Shown here piece by piece: positions 23,849 through 34,914 of a stretch of 64,000 bases of DNA. Position 1 is the first letter of the stretch. Each line of letters starts with the position of its first letter. The notes under the pieces are model-generated. The model ran no database searches, was not told the origin of the DNA, and was given only the letters and a program-made list of their open reading frames with translations. A program made the translations under genes and the position numbers. This stretch comes from an uncultured Chloroflexia bacterium (GTDB lineage: Bacteria > Chloroflexota > Limnocylindria > Limnocylindrales > CSP1-4), in the NCBI GenBank assembly GCA_963748625.1, contig CAVVJT010000010.1, positions 224,001 to 288,000 of the forward strand. The letters are read 5' to 3'.

Positions 23849-24835
23849 TCAGGTGCCGATCGGGGTCCCGGAGGCGGCCCCCAGCGCCCCGAGCCAGGCC
23901 ACCGCCAGCAGTCCCAGGCCCACGGCCTGCACCTCGAACGCGGCCTCCCTCCAGCCCGTGCTATGGCGTGTGGCAGCCCTGGCCGTCAGGACCGCACCAC
24001 CCAGGGTGACGACGCTCGCACCCGCGACCGCCAGGACCCACCCGTCGGGAGCACCCACCGCGAAGGCGGTCCCGACAGCGAGCGCAGCGACCACGAGGTG
24101 CAGGCACACGACCAGCAGCCCGGCACGCCTCGGGCCGAGCGCGACCGCGATGGAGGTGTCATCGGCGTCCTTGTCCCGCTCCATGTCCACCAGTGCGTTG
24201 GAGATCGCCAGGGCGGTGCCGGCATTCGCCGCAGCCGGGATCACCACCAGGAACATGCCCGGCAGCTCCCCGGTTGCGCCGAACCAGCCGTAGACCGGCA
24301 GGAGCGGGATGCCCACCGCGAACGGCAGCCACGACAGCGTCGTCCCCTTGGCCCGCAGGTCGTACCAGACGCCGATCGCCAGCCCGAAGACGGCAAGGGC
24401 CGCGAGGGCCGGGGAGAACGCGAGCGCGATCGCCACGCCGGCTCCCGCCGCCCCGATCACAACAAGCCGCGCTTGCGCGGGGGTCACGATGCCCGCCGGG
24501 ATCGGCTTGCCCGGCTTGCGCCCGGCGTCCTCGGGGGCGTCCACGAGGTCGTTGAGGGCACCGATCGCGAACTGGATGAGCGTCATCGACGCGCCGAGGG
24601 CAAGGGCCACCGGTGCTTGGGCACCGGCCAGGATCGCGACGAACGCGACCACGATGCCATCAAGGACGGACGGGAACGGGTGGACCAGCCGCGCCGCGAT
24701 CTCGAGGGAGGAGTGAGCCGGCGCCTCCGGATCGCCGCGGGCCCCCGCGGGCTCGGGGGCGTCGTCCGGGCCGGGGACGTAGAGGGGATCCGCCGCCCCG
24801 AGCGCCAGACCGCGCGGATCGGGCGGCTCAGACGT
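23849..24835 (-). CDS. UbiA prenyltransferase family protein (start uncertain)
   Basis: NDLVDAPED, KPIPAG and NALVDMERD Asp-rich motifs; RLVHPFP lies upstream of the first GTG at 24652. Confidence 0.8.
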   Translation of the reverse strand, partial: TSEPPDPRGLALGAADPLYVPGPDDAPEPAGARGDPEAPAHSSLEIAARLVHPFPSVLDGIVVAFVAILAGAQAPVALALGASMTLIQFAIGALNDLVDAPEDAGRKPGKPIPAGIVTPAQARLVVIGAAGAGVAIALAFSPALAALAVFGLAIGVWYDLRAKGTTLSWLPFAVGIPLLPVYGWFGATGELPGMFLVVIPAAANAGTALAISNALVDMERDKDADDTSIAVALGPRRAGLLVVCLHLVVAALAVGTAFAVGAPDGWVLAVAGASVVTLGGAVLTARAATRHSTGWREAAFEVQAVGLGLLAVAWLGALGAASGTPIGT

Positions 24836-25193
24836 AGACGAGCTCGTGGAAGTTGGCCACGAGGTACTCGATCAGCCGGTCGCGGCCGTCGGTGACCTGT
24901 GAGCGGATCCCTGGCACGAGGGCCCAGAGCGCCACCGCAGGCACCATCAGGCGCCCCTGGGCATCACGCCCGACCGTGGCGGGCGGGCCGCCGCCGGAAG
25001 CGAACACGCGTTCGAATTCACGCTCGTTGAGCCTGGCAGCGCGGCAGAAATCCTCGACGACACGGCTCACGCCGCGGCGGATCGCGACGTCGCGCATCAT
25101 CTCGGCCGCCCAGGTGTCGATCTGGGCGTCGGTCTGCTCGGCAAGGCGGGCGCGGTACTCGGTGGCGTCGGCTGAGAGGCCGGTGGCTCCCAC
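24828..25193 (-). CDS. Hypothetical protein
   Basis: AGGAG RBS plus GTG; good codon bias. Confidence 0.7.
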   Translation of the reverse strand: MGATGLSADATEYRARLAEQTDAQIDTWAAEMMRDVAIRRGVSRVVEDFCRAARLNEREFERVFASGGGPPATVGRDAQGRLMVPAVALWALVPGIRSQVTDGRDRLIEYLVANFHELVYV

Positions 25194-25268
25194 GGGTTCT
25201 CCTGGGTGTGCGGTGTAGTGCCTGCAGGATGCCATACCCGGGGTGCCTCCCGTGGCCTCATCGCCCGC

Positions 25269-26015
25269 TCAGCGCTGGGAGCCGGCCGCATCCCCCTGCC
25301 CGAGCTCCGGTCGGGCGCCCTCAGGCCAGTCGTTGAAGAACTCCGTGAGCCAGCGCCCGAACGGCCCGGGGCGCCCGGGATCGGGGAAGTCGGCGACGAG
25401 GTGCAGCAGGGCGTCCGTCGTCCGGGCCGTGAGCTCATCCACCGACTCGCGGGTAGGCCGTCCAGCAGCGGGGATGGGCTCGCCGATGCGCACCCGGATC
25501 CGACGGCGGAACCCGAGCCAGCTGGTGCCGTTGATCGCGACCGGGACCACGGGAACGCCCCCGCGCAGCGCGAAGTAGGCCGTGCCGTCGGCAAGCGGTG
25601 CGAGCTCCCGCTCGCCGCGGTGGATCCTCCCCTCCCCCATGATCAGCATCGCCCAGCCCGAGTCGAGCACGCGTTCGACGCGCCGGGTGGTCGCAAGCAG
25701 GTCCGTCTTGGCCGGCCGGTACGGGATGCCGAAGCCGGCCCACGTGATCAGGCGGTTGCGGGCGCCCACGGACATGTCGTCCTCCTTGGGGCCGAACATG
25801 GCCAGCTTGGGGCGCGCCGGCATCACCGCGAGGAGCACGAGCGGATCGGTCCAGTTGAGGTGGTTGGCGCAGTAGATGACCGGTCGCTTCGCGAGATGCT
25901 CCTTGCCCTCCACGCGGATGTCGAACAGCACGCCCAGGACAAGCTTGAGGAACGCGCGCATGAGACGGACCCGGTTGGGCCGGTAGACCGGTGCATCGAC
26001 CAGGGGCTGGACCAC
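25269..26015 (-). CDS. Lysophospholipid acyltransferase (PlsC-like)
   Basis: NHLNWTD (HxxxxD), EGRI, VPVVPVAI. Confidence 0.88.
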   Translation of the reverse strand: MVQPLVDAPVYRPNRVRLMRAFLKLVLGVLFDIRVEGKEHLAKRPVIYCANHLNWTDPLVLLAVMPARPKLAMFGPKEDDMSVGARNRLITWAGFGIPYRPAKTDLLATTRRVERVLDSGWAMLIMGEGRIHRGERELAPLADGTAYFALRGGVPVVPVAINGTSWLGFRRRIRVRIGEPIPAAGRPTRESVDELTARTTDALLHLVADFPDPGRPGPFGRWLTEFFNDWPEGARPELGQGDAAGSQR

Positions 26016-26031
26016 GTCGTCGGCCTCCGGC

Positions 26032-26697
26032 TCAGGCGGGCAGCCGGTCCGGGTGGAGATCGGCGAGCCGCGCAAGGACGACGTCGGCGAGGTCGTAGGC
26101 GTTACCAGCGGGGGGCACGCTCGGGTTGGGTACCAGCACGACGGTCATGCCGGCCGCCTTGCCGGCCCGCACACCGTTGAGCGAGTCCTCCACGACAAGA
26201 CACCGGGCCGGGTCAGCGCCGAGCGCGTCCGCGGCACGCAGGTAGACGTCCGGGGCGGGCTTGCCCATGGGGACCTCGTCGCTCGACACGACGGCGCCCA
26301 GGACATCGCCCAGCCTGAGCGCCTCCACGGCGGCGTCGATCACCGCCCTGTGGGAGGACGACGCGATCGCGACTGGGAGCTCGAGCGCCACCCTCCGGAC
26401 CTGGTCCGGGGCGTCGCCGATCACGGGCGGCGCTGACCGCCGGTAGCAGCCGACCACCCCGGCGACGATCTCGTCGAGGATCACCTCCACGGGCACGTCG
26501 GGGAGGTCCAGGCGACGCTGCATGATTGCCGCCCACTCGAGCGAGTTGCCGCCCATGACCGACGCCTGGTCGTCATGGCCCCACGTCCGCCCGTGGCGCG
26601 CGGCGAAGGCGACCCGCACCTCCTGCCACCACGGCTCGGTGTCCACGAGCACGCCGTCCAGGTCGAACAGCACCGCATCGAACTGGCTCAGGCGCAT
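26032..26697 (-). CDS. HAD family phosphatase
   Basis: DLDGVLVDTE, KPAPD, VEDSLNG. Confidence 0.92.
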   Translation of the reverse strand: MRLSQFDAVLFDLDGVLVDTEPWWQEVRVAFAARHGRTWGHDDQASVMGGNSLEWAAIMQRRLDLPDVPVEVILDEIVAGVVGCYRRSAPPVIGDAPDQVRRVALELPVAIASSSHRAVIDAAVEALRLGDVLGAVVSSDEVPMGKPAPDVYLRAADALGADPARCLVVEDSLNGVRAGKAAGMTVVLVPNPSVPPAGNAYDLADVVLARLADLHPDRLPA

Positions 26698-26871
26698 GCG
26701 TGGCTCCCGGTTGCCGCGGCCGAGGCTGGCCGCGAATCACTGTGCTCAGGCTAGCGGATACCCACCGCTGCGGGCCGGTGGGCCGGACGATTGCTGACGT
26801 TCGTCCAGTCCGGGGACCGGCGCAGTGACCGATGATTGGGGTGCCCCGGTCTCGCGGGGCAGGAGGTGGCA

Positions 26872-27861
26872 GTGGTGCGCGTCAACCGGGGGCTGTTTGG
26901 CTGGGGCGTCTTCTTCATCGTCGCGGGCCTCGTGCCCCTTGCGGTGCGCAACGGCGCGGTGCCCGCATCGGCCCTCGACGGTGTCTTCGGGCTATGGCCC
27001 CTGATCCTGGTTGGCGTCGGCCTTGGCCTGCTCCTCGCGGACACGAGGGCGGCGATCCTGGGCGGACTCGTGGTGGCGGTCACGTGCGGTCTGATAGCCG
27101 GCTCACTCCTTGCCGGCGCGACCGGCTTCGGCGCGATCACGGGTGCCTGCGGCATCGGCGGGACATCCGACGCGGGCACGCCGTTCCCCAGCCAGTCCGG
27201 CTCCTTCGCCGGGCCGGCGGAGGTGCGCCTCGACGTGCGCTGTGGCTCGGTGGAGGCCGTGACCACCACCGGCGCCGGCTGGTCACTCTCGGGCACGGCC
27301 GGTCCGGGGCTGGAGCCGGAGGTCGAGGCCGATGGCACCGGCCTGCGGGTGAGCGCCCATGACTCCGGGGGAGTCGTGGTCGGCGGCGAGGCAGCCCGGT
27401 GGATGCTCGAACTGCCCGACGCGGTTCCGCTGGCGCTGCGGCTCGACGTGGACGCCGGTGCTGGCGACCTCGCGCTCGATCGGGCGCAGGTCACGAGCCT
27501 GGCTGTGCATGTCAATGCGGGCGATGGCCGCGTGGGCCTGTGGGAGGCTGAAGCGCTGCGATCGCTTGAGGCATCCGTGAACGCAGGTGCCCTGACGCTC
27601 GACCTGCCGGCGGCGCCGTTCCGGGGACGGATATCGGTGAACGCCGGCTCGGCGGAGGTCTGCCTGCCCGCTGGAACCGCCCTCCGGGTCAGTGCCGGCA
27701 ACGTGTCCCTGGGCTCCACGAACCTCGGCTCGCGCGGTCTCGTCGAGCAGGGCTCCACGTGGACAACCACGGGCTTCTCGGAGGCTGCGGTGCAGGTGGA
27801 GCTCGATGTCTCGGTCAACGTGGGCAGCTTCGTCCTGAACCCGGAGACCGGCTGTGGGTGA
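26872..27861 (+). CDS. LiaF/LiaG-like envelope-stress membrane protein
   Basis: N-terminal TMs (LWPLILVGVG) and repeated VNAG beta motifs; adjacent to a PspC-domain gene. Confidence 0.65.
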   Translation: MVRVNRGLFGWGVFFIVAGLVPLAVRNGAVPASALDGVFGLWPLILVGVGLGLLLADTRAAILGGLVVAVTCGLIAGSLLAGATGFGAITGACGIGGTSDAGTPFPSQSGSFAGPAEVRLDVRCGSVEAVTTTGAGWSLSGTAGPGLEPEVEADGTGLRVSAHDSGGVVVGGEAARWMLELPDAVPLALRLDVDAGAGDLALDRAQVTSLAVHVNAGDGRVGLWEAEALRSLEASVNAGALTLDLPAAPFRGRISVNAGSAEVCLPAGTALRVSAGNVSLGSTNLGSRGLVEQGSTWTTTGFSEAAVQVELDVSVNVGSFVLNPETGCG

Positions 27862-28444
27862 CCGGCTCTACCGCTCCCCCACCGACCGCGTGATCGCCGG
27901 CGTCGCGGGCGGCATCGCCGTCTGGATCAGGATCGACCCGTCCCTCGTCCGGATCGCGTGGGTGCTGGCCGCGATCCTGTCGCTGGGCATCTTCGCGCTG
28001 ATCTACATCGTCATGATGATCGTGGTGCCGCTGCCGCCGGCCGGATGGGTCCCCCCGCAGCCGCAGCGGGCGACGCCTGGCGGCGACCCCGTCCCAGGCT
28101 GGGGGCAAGGGGCGCCCACGGGTGGGTATCCCCAGGCGTCCGGCCCGGGCCATATGGCGCCCGGCGGGACGAGCCCGGGCCAGGGGGCCGGCCCGGGCCC
28201 TGCGGCGCCCGGCGGGACGAGCCCGGGCCCTGCGGCGGGGCCGGCCTGGCCCACCCAGCCCACGGGTGTCACCACGGGCGCCCGGGGCGCCCGCATGGCC
28301 GGGGGCGCGCTGCTGGTCCTGCTCGGCCTCTGGCTGCTGGCGGGCCAGTACCTCAACCTCGACTGGAACATGTTGTGGCCATTGCTCGTCATGGGCACGG
28401 GCGCGGTGCTCATCGTGGCAGCGCTCAGGCGACGCGGCGGCTGA
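27854..28444 (+). CDS. PspC domain protein
   Basis: RLYRSPTDRVIAGVAGG...IDPSLVR. Confidence 0.88.
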   Translation: MGDRLYRSPTDRVIAGVAGGIAVWIRIDPSLVRIAWVLAAILSLGIFALIYIVMMIVVPLPPAGWVPPQPQRATPGGDPVPGWGQGAPTGGYPQASGPGHMAPGGTSPGQGAGPGPAAPGGTSPGPAAGPAWPTQPTGVTTGARGARMAGGALLVLLGLWLLAGQYLNLDWNMLWPLLVMGTGAVLIVAALRRRGG

Positions 28445-28497
28445 CACCTGGCGGTGGCGACGGCGCCACCCGATCACCGGCTGAAAGGAAGATCCAC

Positions 28498-28980
28498 ATG
28501 CGTTCTGGCGCGCTCCACTTCGCTCCGCTCGTTCCACTTGCCCTCGTGGCGGTTCTTGCCGGCGCCTGCACGGCACCCGGGGCTCCCTCACCTGCAGCGG
28601 ACACGGCAGCGCCTGCCAGCGCCCCCGCGACCGTCAGCCCTACCCGGCCCACCGAGGCCATGCCCTCCCTCAAGCCGGTCCCGGCCACCAGCGAGCCGGT
28701 CACGGGCGAGGTCCCACCGGCGGTGATGGCGTCCGCGCGCGCCGAGCTGGCCAAGGAGGTCGGCGTGGAGGCCGCGGCGAACGCAACCGTCGTCAAGGCG
28801 GAGGCGGTCGACTGGCCCGACGGATCCCTTGGCTGCCCGCAGCCGGGCATGATGTACCCGCAGGTGATCACACCCGGCTACCAGGTCGTCTTCGAGGTTG
28901 ACGGCAAGCAGTACGACATGCACGCCTCCGCGAGCGGTGGTGCGTTCCTGTGCGAGTCCGGGCGACCGCTCGGGGGCTGA
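28498..28980 (+). CDS. Conserved lipoprotein
   Basis: Lipobox LAGAC; WPDGSLGCPQPGMMYPQVITPGY. Confidence 0.75.
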   Translation: MRSGALHFAPLVPLALVAVLAGACTAPGAPSPAADTAAPASAPATVSPTRPTEAMPSLKPVPATSEPVTGEVPPAVMASARAELAKEVGVEAAANATVVKAEAVDWPDGSLGCPQPGMMYPQVITPGYQVVFEVDGKQYDMHASASGGAFLCESGRPLGG

Positions 28981-29050
28981 CGGCGGACGCGGGGGCTGAC
29001 GGCGGACGCGCGCGCACCCGCCAGGTATCGAGAAGGCTGGGACGAATCAC

Positions 29051-29080
29051 GAAGGCCGGGGCCCGAGGGCCCCGGCCTTC
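29051..29080. terminator. Hairpin between convergent genes
   Basis: gaaggccggggccc-ga-gggccccggccttc. Confidence 0.65.
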
Positions 29081-29102
29081 GCCGTTCTGGACTGAGCGGA
29101 GC

Positions 29103-32100
29103 TCAGGTGGGGTTGGCGACCAGCTGGATGGTCTCACGGCCCCGCGGGGCGGCGCCGTAGTAGTCGCCGCGATTGGCGTTGGTCACGAGCAGGAGGCCGA
29201 TCTCCGACGGGTTCGCGTCGTACGTGTAGGACGTGCTCCAGTCGGTGATCCCCAGGGTCCCGATCCCACCGGGCAGGATGTCGCCGTTGAGGTTCAGGTC
29301 GTCGCCGTACCAGGCCGTGACGGCGTAGCGCTCGGCCATCGGGGCGACCTCGATCCCGTACACGGCGTCCGTGAGGGCGTAGTCGCGGAAATACCAGTCG
29401 TACGCCTCGACGTCCATGGTGATCGGGCTGCCGTAGTCGGCCGTGGTCATCCCGATCTGCGAGCCGCAGAAGTACAGGATGGTGTTCGGGTCATTGGTGG
29501 AGTTGTCGGCCCACCACATCACGCTGACGTCGTCGGCTGCGACGTCGTAGACATAGGTCGCCAGCCGGGCATCGCTGAGCGAGCCGGACACGGTGCCGGT
29601 GAACACGACGTACTCGGGCGCCGCGTCGCCCTCGGTGTCGAGGTAGAGGTCGTACTCACCCGGGACAGCCGCGAAGGTGCGGCGATCCCACTCTGTGATG
29701 GCCACGCCGTAGAGGAAGTCGTCGCTGACGTCGCAGTAGTTGCCCTCCCAGGTCTGGACACCGACCGACTTGATGTCGATGACCGGGCTGTTCATGCCGG
29801 GCCGTGAGGCCGGCTTGTCCGGGCTGGTGGCGACGAGCGAGTAGAAGTCGACGGCGCCGACGCCGGCGCCGCTGTTCTTGAGGTCGACCTCAGTGCCGGG
29901 GACGAAGGTGGTCCCGTCGAGTGAGGCGACATCACCGGCCTGCCGCGGCAGGACATGCCAGGCCACGTGCGCCGGATCGGCGTCGTCGCCCGAGTAGCCC
30001 TTGCGGTCGAACTTGATGTAGCCGTCGTACTCGAGCAGGTCGAGCGGGGCCGGGTCGAGGGCCAGATCGTTGCCGTTCATCGTCCAGGGGCGCAGCTTCT
30101 CGGCATCGACCTTGAGCTTGACGTCGAAGGACTTGGTCTGGCCCGCCTTGAGCGTGATCTCGCTCGGGGCGGTGACGCTCACGGCGCCGTTGGACTTGTC
30201 GTTGCTGTACCGGAACGTCGGCTTGATCTTGAAGGTGAGGGTCTTCTTGGAGTAGTTCTTGATCTTGAGCGTCTTGGTGTAGGACTTGTCCTTCTGCCCG
30301 TCCACGAACCCGAACGACAGCGAGCCGCTCTGGCCCGAGGCGTCCCAGATCGCGATCGGGGACGCCAGCGCGCGGTTGACGCGCAGCTCGCCCCCGCCGA
30401 TGCGGGTGATCGGGGCCCTGACGCCCGGCTGCAGGGCGTTGTCGGTGTAGGTGTCCATCTCGGCGGTGTTCATGAGCACGGCCTTGATCTCGAGGCCACT
30501 GCGGCGCGGGAAGGCGCTCTTGATCATCGCTGCGGCGCCGGTGACCATCGGCGCGGCGCCGGAGGTGCCGCCGAAGGCCTGGGTGGCGGTGCCACCGCCG
30601 GAGACGGCGGAGACCGATGCGCCGGGGGCGCCGATCTCGGGCTTGATGCGGTTCGTGATGGACGGACCGCGGCTGGAGGTGCCGGCCATGCCGCCGACAA
30701 GGTTGACGGTGGTGCTGCTGTTGACGCTGACGGTGACCGTCGCGGGCAGGGTGAGCTGGGCCTTGATGGCCGAGCTGAGCGTCTGCTGGATCACGAGCGT
30801 CGGGACGAACGTGTCGCCACCGCCGTAGCGAGAACGACACCGCGTCGCCGGGGGCGACGAGGCCGATCAGGACGCCGATCGCACCTGCCTTGGCGGCGCG
30901 ATCGGTCTTCTCCGACACCGCACACGTGCCGCGGTCAACAAGGGCGACCTTGCCGGTGAGCGCGCCCGGTGCCGGATAGGTGACGTCAGCCGCGCAGCCG
31001 GTGCCACCGACATAGACGACGTCCCCAGCGAAGCCGGCGCCGACCGGGGCCCAGTCCACGCTCTCGACGTTCTTGTAGGTGCCCGCGATCGCCGCCGGGG
31101 CGGAGATGACGAGCGGGAACTTCTTGGCACTGGGGACCTGGGTCTGCGCGACCGACAGGGCGCTGGGCGCCGAGGCCGGGGTGCCCGCGATGTACGGCTT
31201 GTTGGCGCCGTTGCCGGCGGAGGCGATGGTCAGGATGCCGGCGAACTTGGTGGCCCGCTCGACGGCCATGGACAGGTCGTCGTTGTAGGGGTCGCCGTAG
31301 TCGCTGCCGAGCGACATGTGGATGATGTCCACGTGGTCGGACATGCTGGCGTCGCCGTTGGGATCGAGCGCCCAGTCCATCGCGTTCATGAGCGCGATGC
31401 CGGAGCATGACGTCGAGACGCTGGAGCAGACCTTGACCGCGAACAGGTTCGCGCGCGGGGCCATGCCCTTGGCGCCGCCGATGATGTCGGCGACGTGGGT
31501 GCCATGGCCGCCGTCGGTGCCGTAGGCGATGCCGAGGTCGGTGCCGGAGTCCGGCGAGTCGATCGGGTCGGGATCAGGCGCCTCGTCACCAGCGGGCCAG
31601 ACCTCGCCGGTGAAGTCGTAGCCGCCCTTGATCCGGGAGGTCGGGAACAGCCCGTCGAGGGTGGTGTTGCGGGTGTCGTCCGTACCGGCGCCGTAGGCGG
31701 CCTTGAAGGCGGCCTCGGTGCCGGCCCCACCCAGTGCGGCGTGCGTGTAGTCCGCGCCGCTGTCCAGGATGGCGATGTCCACGCCCTGGCCCTTCCAGCC
31801 CTTGTTCTGGACCACCTTGCCGCCCACGTACGGGACGGTCTCGGAGAGGTCGAGCGTGTAGTCCCTGACGGGGATGATCGCGACGACGTCGCGGCTCTTG
31901 GCGAGCTTGTTGAGGGTCTTGACGTCAGCCTTGAGCATGACGACGTTCGAGGCCTTGCCGGTGCGGCCGAGGACCGTGACGTCCTTGTCGATCGCCTTGG
32001 CCTGCGCGATGACGCGGGCCTGCTGCGAGCGCGCGGTGCCGTAGGCGTCCTTCTGGGCGTTGATGCCGCGCCCGGCCTGGAGGACGGCCGGCGGAGCGGA

Positions 32101-32337
32101 CAGGCGCACGATGACGCGCTGCGGGCCTCGAGCCTCGCGAAGGCCCTGGACCTTGGTCTTGGACCATTCCATCTGGTCTGCGGTGCGGGTGACGGGCTCG
32201 TCGATCCGGAGCGCCTTCACCCAGTCGGGTGCCTCTGTTGCGGGCCGCTCGTTGGGGCCGGCAGCGACCACCGTCCCGGGCAGGAGGGCAGCGAGCAGGG
32301 CCCCCGTCACGAACAGGCCGGGCCATCTTCGATCCAT
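29103..32337 (-). pseudogene. Secreted S8 (Vpr-like) subtilase with PA domain, frameshifted near 30828
   Basis: Asp (ILDSG) and His (HGTHVA) lie in one frame, Ser (GTSGAAP) in another; one extra base at ...SFS|YGGGD; may be a sequencing error. Confidence 0.8.
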
Positions 32338-32607
32338 GCAGTCTCCTCCGTGTCGGCGTCGCGTGTCGGTCTGGGGATCCCGAGCAGGCGGGCGCACATC
32401 TCCTGGCATGCGGCCCGACGACCACACGCCTTCCGGCCACCGTACTCCGGCGGACGGAGATTGATGAGGGAAGTATGAACCCACAATACGGTCTGGGACG
32501 ACCGTGCTGCATTACATTCCCCCGAACAGTTCGACGTCCACCCCTGTGGCGCCTGCCGGATCCGGCCACTCGCCTACACTGCTCCCACGAACCACGGAGG
32601 ACGTCCC

Positions 32608-33270
32608 ATGCAGCTCCCGTTCCACAAGCCCACGATGCCCGCGGCGGGTGATCTCCTGCCCGGCCGCGCCGACCCGATCGTCGATCCCGGCGACCATTTC
32701 GTGAATGGGCGACCGCTCGCGGGCCCCTACCCCGACGGCTACGAGATCGCCGACGTGGGCATGGGCTGCTACTGGGGTGCCGAGAAGAAGTTCTGGAGCC
32801 TGCCCGGCGTCTGGGTCACGATGGTGGGCTTCCAGGGAGGCGCCACGCCCAACCCCACGTACCGCGAGACCTGCACCGGGAAGACCGCCCACGCCGAGGT
32901 GGTGCGGATCGTGTTCGATCCGGCCGTGATCTCGTACGAGCGGATCCTCAAGACGTTCTGGGAGTCGCACGACCCCACCCAGGGCTTCCGCCAGGGCAAC
33001 GACATCGGCACCCAGTACCGGTCGGCCATCTTCACCCACGGCGATGCGCAGCTCGCGGCCGCCGAGGCGTCGAGGGCGGTGTACGGGGGAGTGCTTGCCA
33101 AGGCCGGTTTCGGTCCCATCACGACGGAGATCGCTCCTGCGGGACCGTTCTTCTTCGCCGAGGAGTACCACCAGCAGTACCTGGCCAAGAACCCGGGCGG
33201 CTACGACTGCCACACCTCCACGGGCATCGCGTGCCCGATCGGGCTCGGGGTCGCGACCGCGTCCGAGTAG
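32608..33270 (+). CDS. msrA: Peptide-methionine (S)-S-oxide reductase
   Basis: [32 protein letters not shown]. Confidence 0.96.
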   Translation: MQLPFHKPTMPAAGDLLPGRADPIVDPGDHFVNGRPLAGPYPDGYEIADVGMGCYWGAEKKFWSLPGVWVTMVGFQGGATPNPTYRETCTGKTAHAEVVRIVFDPAVISYERILKTFWESHDPTQGFRQGNDIGTQYRSAIFTHGDAQLAAAEASRAVYGGVLAKAGFGPITTEIAPAGPFFFAEEYHQQYLAKNPGGYDCHTSTGIACPIGLGVATASE

Positions 33271-33624
33271 GGTGTTCGGCCCCCAATGCCCGGCGGATAC
33301 CCCTGCGTGCCCGTGCCGCTGATCGGAAGCGGCATCACCGGGCGTCGCCCACGACGGCTGCTGCCGTGCGCACCCGGCGCGCACACGGAGCGGTGACGTC
33401 GCGGGATGTGCGCCCCGGGCTCCGCCCGTGCGCTCCGCCAGGGTCCCGAGGGCACGACCTGCGCACCAGCCGCGCATCGAGCGCTCCGGCCGCACCGTGT
33501 GGCCGTCCGGCGCGCAGCCGGACGGAGACAGGACCCGGACGGCGCCAGGACCCGGAGCGGCGGTCCGCAAGCCGCCAGCGACCGGCGAATCGGGACACTA
33601 GACTCCCGCCAGCCCGGGATGTCT

Positions 33625-33873
33625 CTAGGCGCGGTAGCGCCACTCCCCGGACTCATCGCGCGGCCCACGGAAGATACGGAGCATCCAGACGGTGCCGACG
33701 ACCCAGAGCGCGGCAGCAACCGCAACGGTCGTCGCGCCAACACCCGAGGACGGGTCGGGAGCGCCCATGGACGATGGCGCTGTGAGGACCAGCAGGACGA
33801 CGATAGCCAACGATACGAACGGGATCGAGAGGATGACCCTCGTCGGCCAGTAGGCGCGTGTCCGGTGCTTCAT
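33625..33873 (-). CDS. Small two-TM membrane protein
   Basis: Two hydrophobic helices and a WRYR tail. Confidence 0.55.
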   Translation of the reverse strand: MKHRTRAYWPTRVILSIPFVSLAIVVLLVLTAPSSMGAPDPSSGVGATTVAVAAALWVVGTVWMLRIFRGPRDESGEWRYRA

Positions 33874-33921
33874 GGCACGCATCGTACGTTCATGGCGCAA
33901 GGGCCACCGGACCTGCCGTGT

Positions 33922-33967
33922 CGGCTACGACTGCCACGCGGCGACCGGGATCGCGTGCCCCACCGGG
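33922..33967 (+). repeat. Diverged duplicate of the msrA 3' end
   Basis: Encodes GYDCHAATGIACPTG versus msr[16 protein letters not shown]; 724-bp offset. Confidence 0.8.
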
Positions 33968-34276
33968 TGGGCCTCACGGCCGACGAGCCGGGCATCGCGG
34001 CCGCCGGGCCGGGCGTCGCACCGCTGCCAGATGTGCGCCACCCCCGGCCCTCGGCGTGCATCGCAAGCACACTCCCGAGCCCCGCCTGTCGTCCTCGTGC
34101 ATCGCAGGCGCGACGGCGACAGCATGCAGGGCCCATTCCGGCCTGCGACGTGTCGGCGGCGTGCACGGCATGCAAGTGGGGAGCCGGACAGCCCGCGAAG
34201 TGTGCATCGCATGCACGAGCGCGCCTCGCGGGCCGGGGCGGCGCCAGGCTGCCCGGCCGTCTGCTGCGAGGCTCAG

Positions 34277-34834
34277 CTACCCGGCGCGCGCAGCGGCGAC
34301 CACCTCGCGCACGATCCACGCCTGCTCGCGGGCGTCGTCGAGGGCACGGTGGGTGTGGGGAAGGTCAACCGGATAGCGCTCGAGCATGCGCAGGCGCGAG
34401 GTGGCCGCCCACCGGCCTACCTCGTGGAGATGGCGGCCCATGTACAGCGCCTTCAGATCGAGTGCGGAGTGGCCGAACGGGTTGCGCCCCAGGTGGCGCC
34501 ACAGCAGATCGGCGACGAACATCCAGTCGAACGGGGCGTTGAGGGCGACGAACACCGGCCTCGACCCATCTGGCACCACGGTGGCGAGCCAGCGCTCGAG
34601 CGCCCGGGCCGCCTCGGCCGGCTCCAGGCCGTCCCGTTCCAGGTCCGCCTGCTCAAGGCCGTGGATGCGCTGCGCTCGCTCGTCCCAGGCACGGGTCGGG
34701 TCGGGGCGCAGGAGCAGCTCGATCCCGGTGTCCGGGTCGTCGACCAGGCAGGCGCCGACCGCCAGGAGGCTGCCGGTGGCCGGCACGGGGCCGGACGTCT
34801 CGGTGTCAACGCTGATCCAGGTCTCTGCGGTCAT
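34277..34834 (-). CDS. DEDD-type 3'-5' exonuclease
   Basis: DTETSG, NAPFDW, HRALDDA. Confidence 0.9.
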   Translation of the reverse strand: MTAETWISVDTETSGPVPATGSLLAVGACLVDDPDTGIELLLRPDPTRAWDERAQRIHGLEQADLERDGLEPAEAARALERWLATVVPDGSRPVFVALNAPFDWMFVADLLWRHLGRNPFGHSALDLKALYMGRHLHEVGRWAATSRLRMLERYPVDLPHTHRALDDAREQAWIVREVVAAARAG

Positions 34835-34914
34835 CGGCCCATCCTGCGGTCGTTAGGACCGGATACTAGCGGTGGTGTGCCGACGGGGGCCACGGACGTA
34901 GCGAGGGCTAGGCG

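Noticed and set aside
26068-26080. Fifth parS-like site (cgcgcaaggac)
   Set aside because: Only a half-site; the left arm does not match
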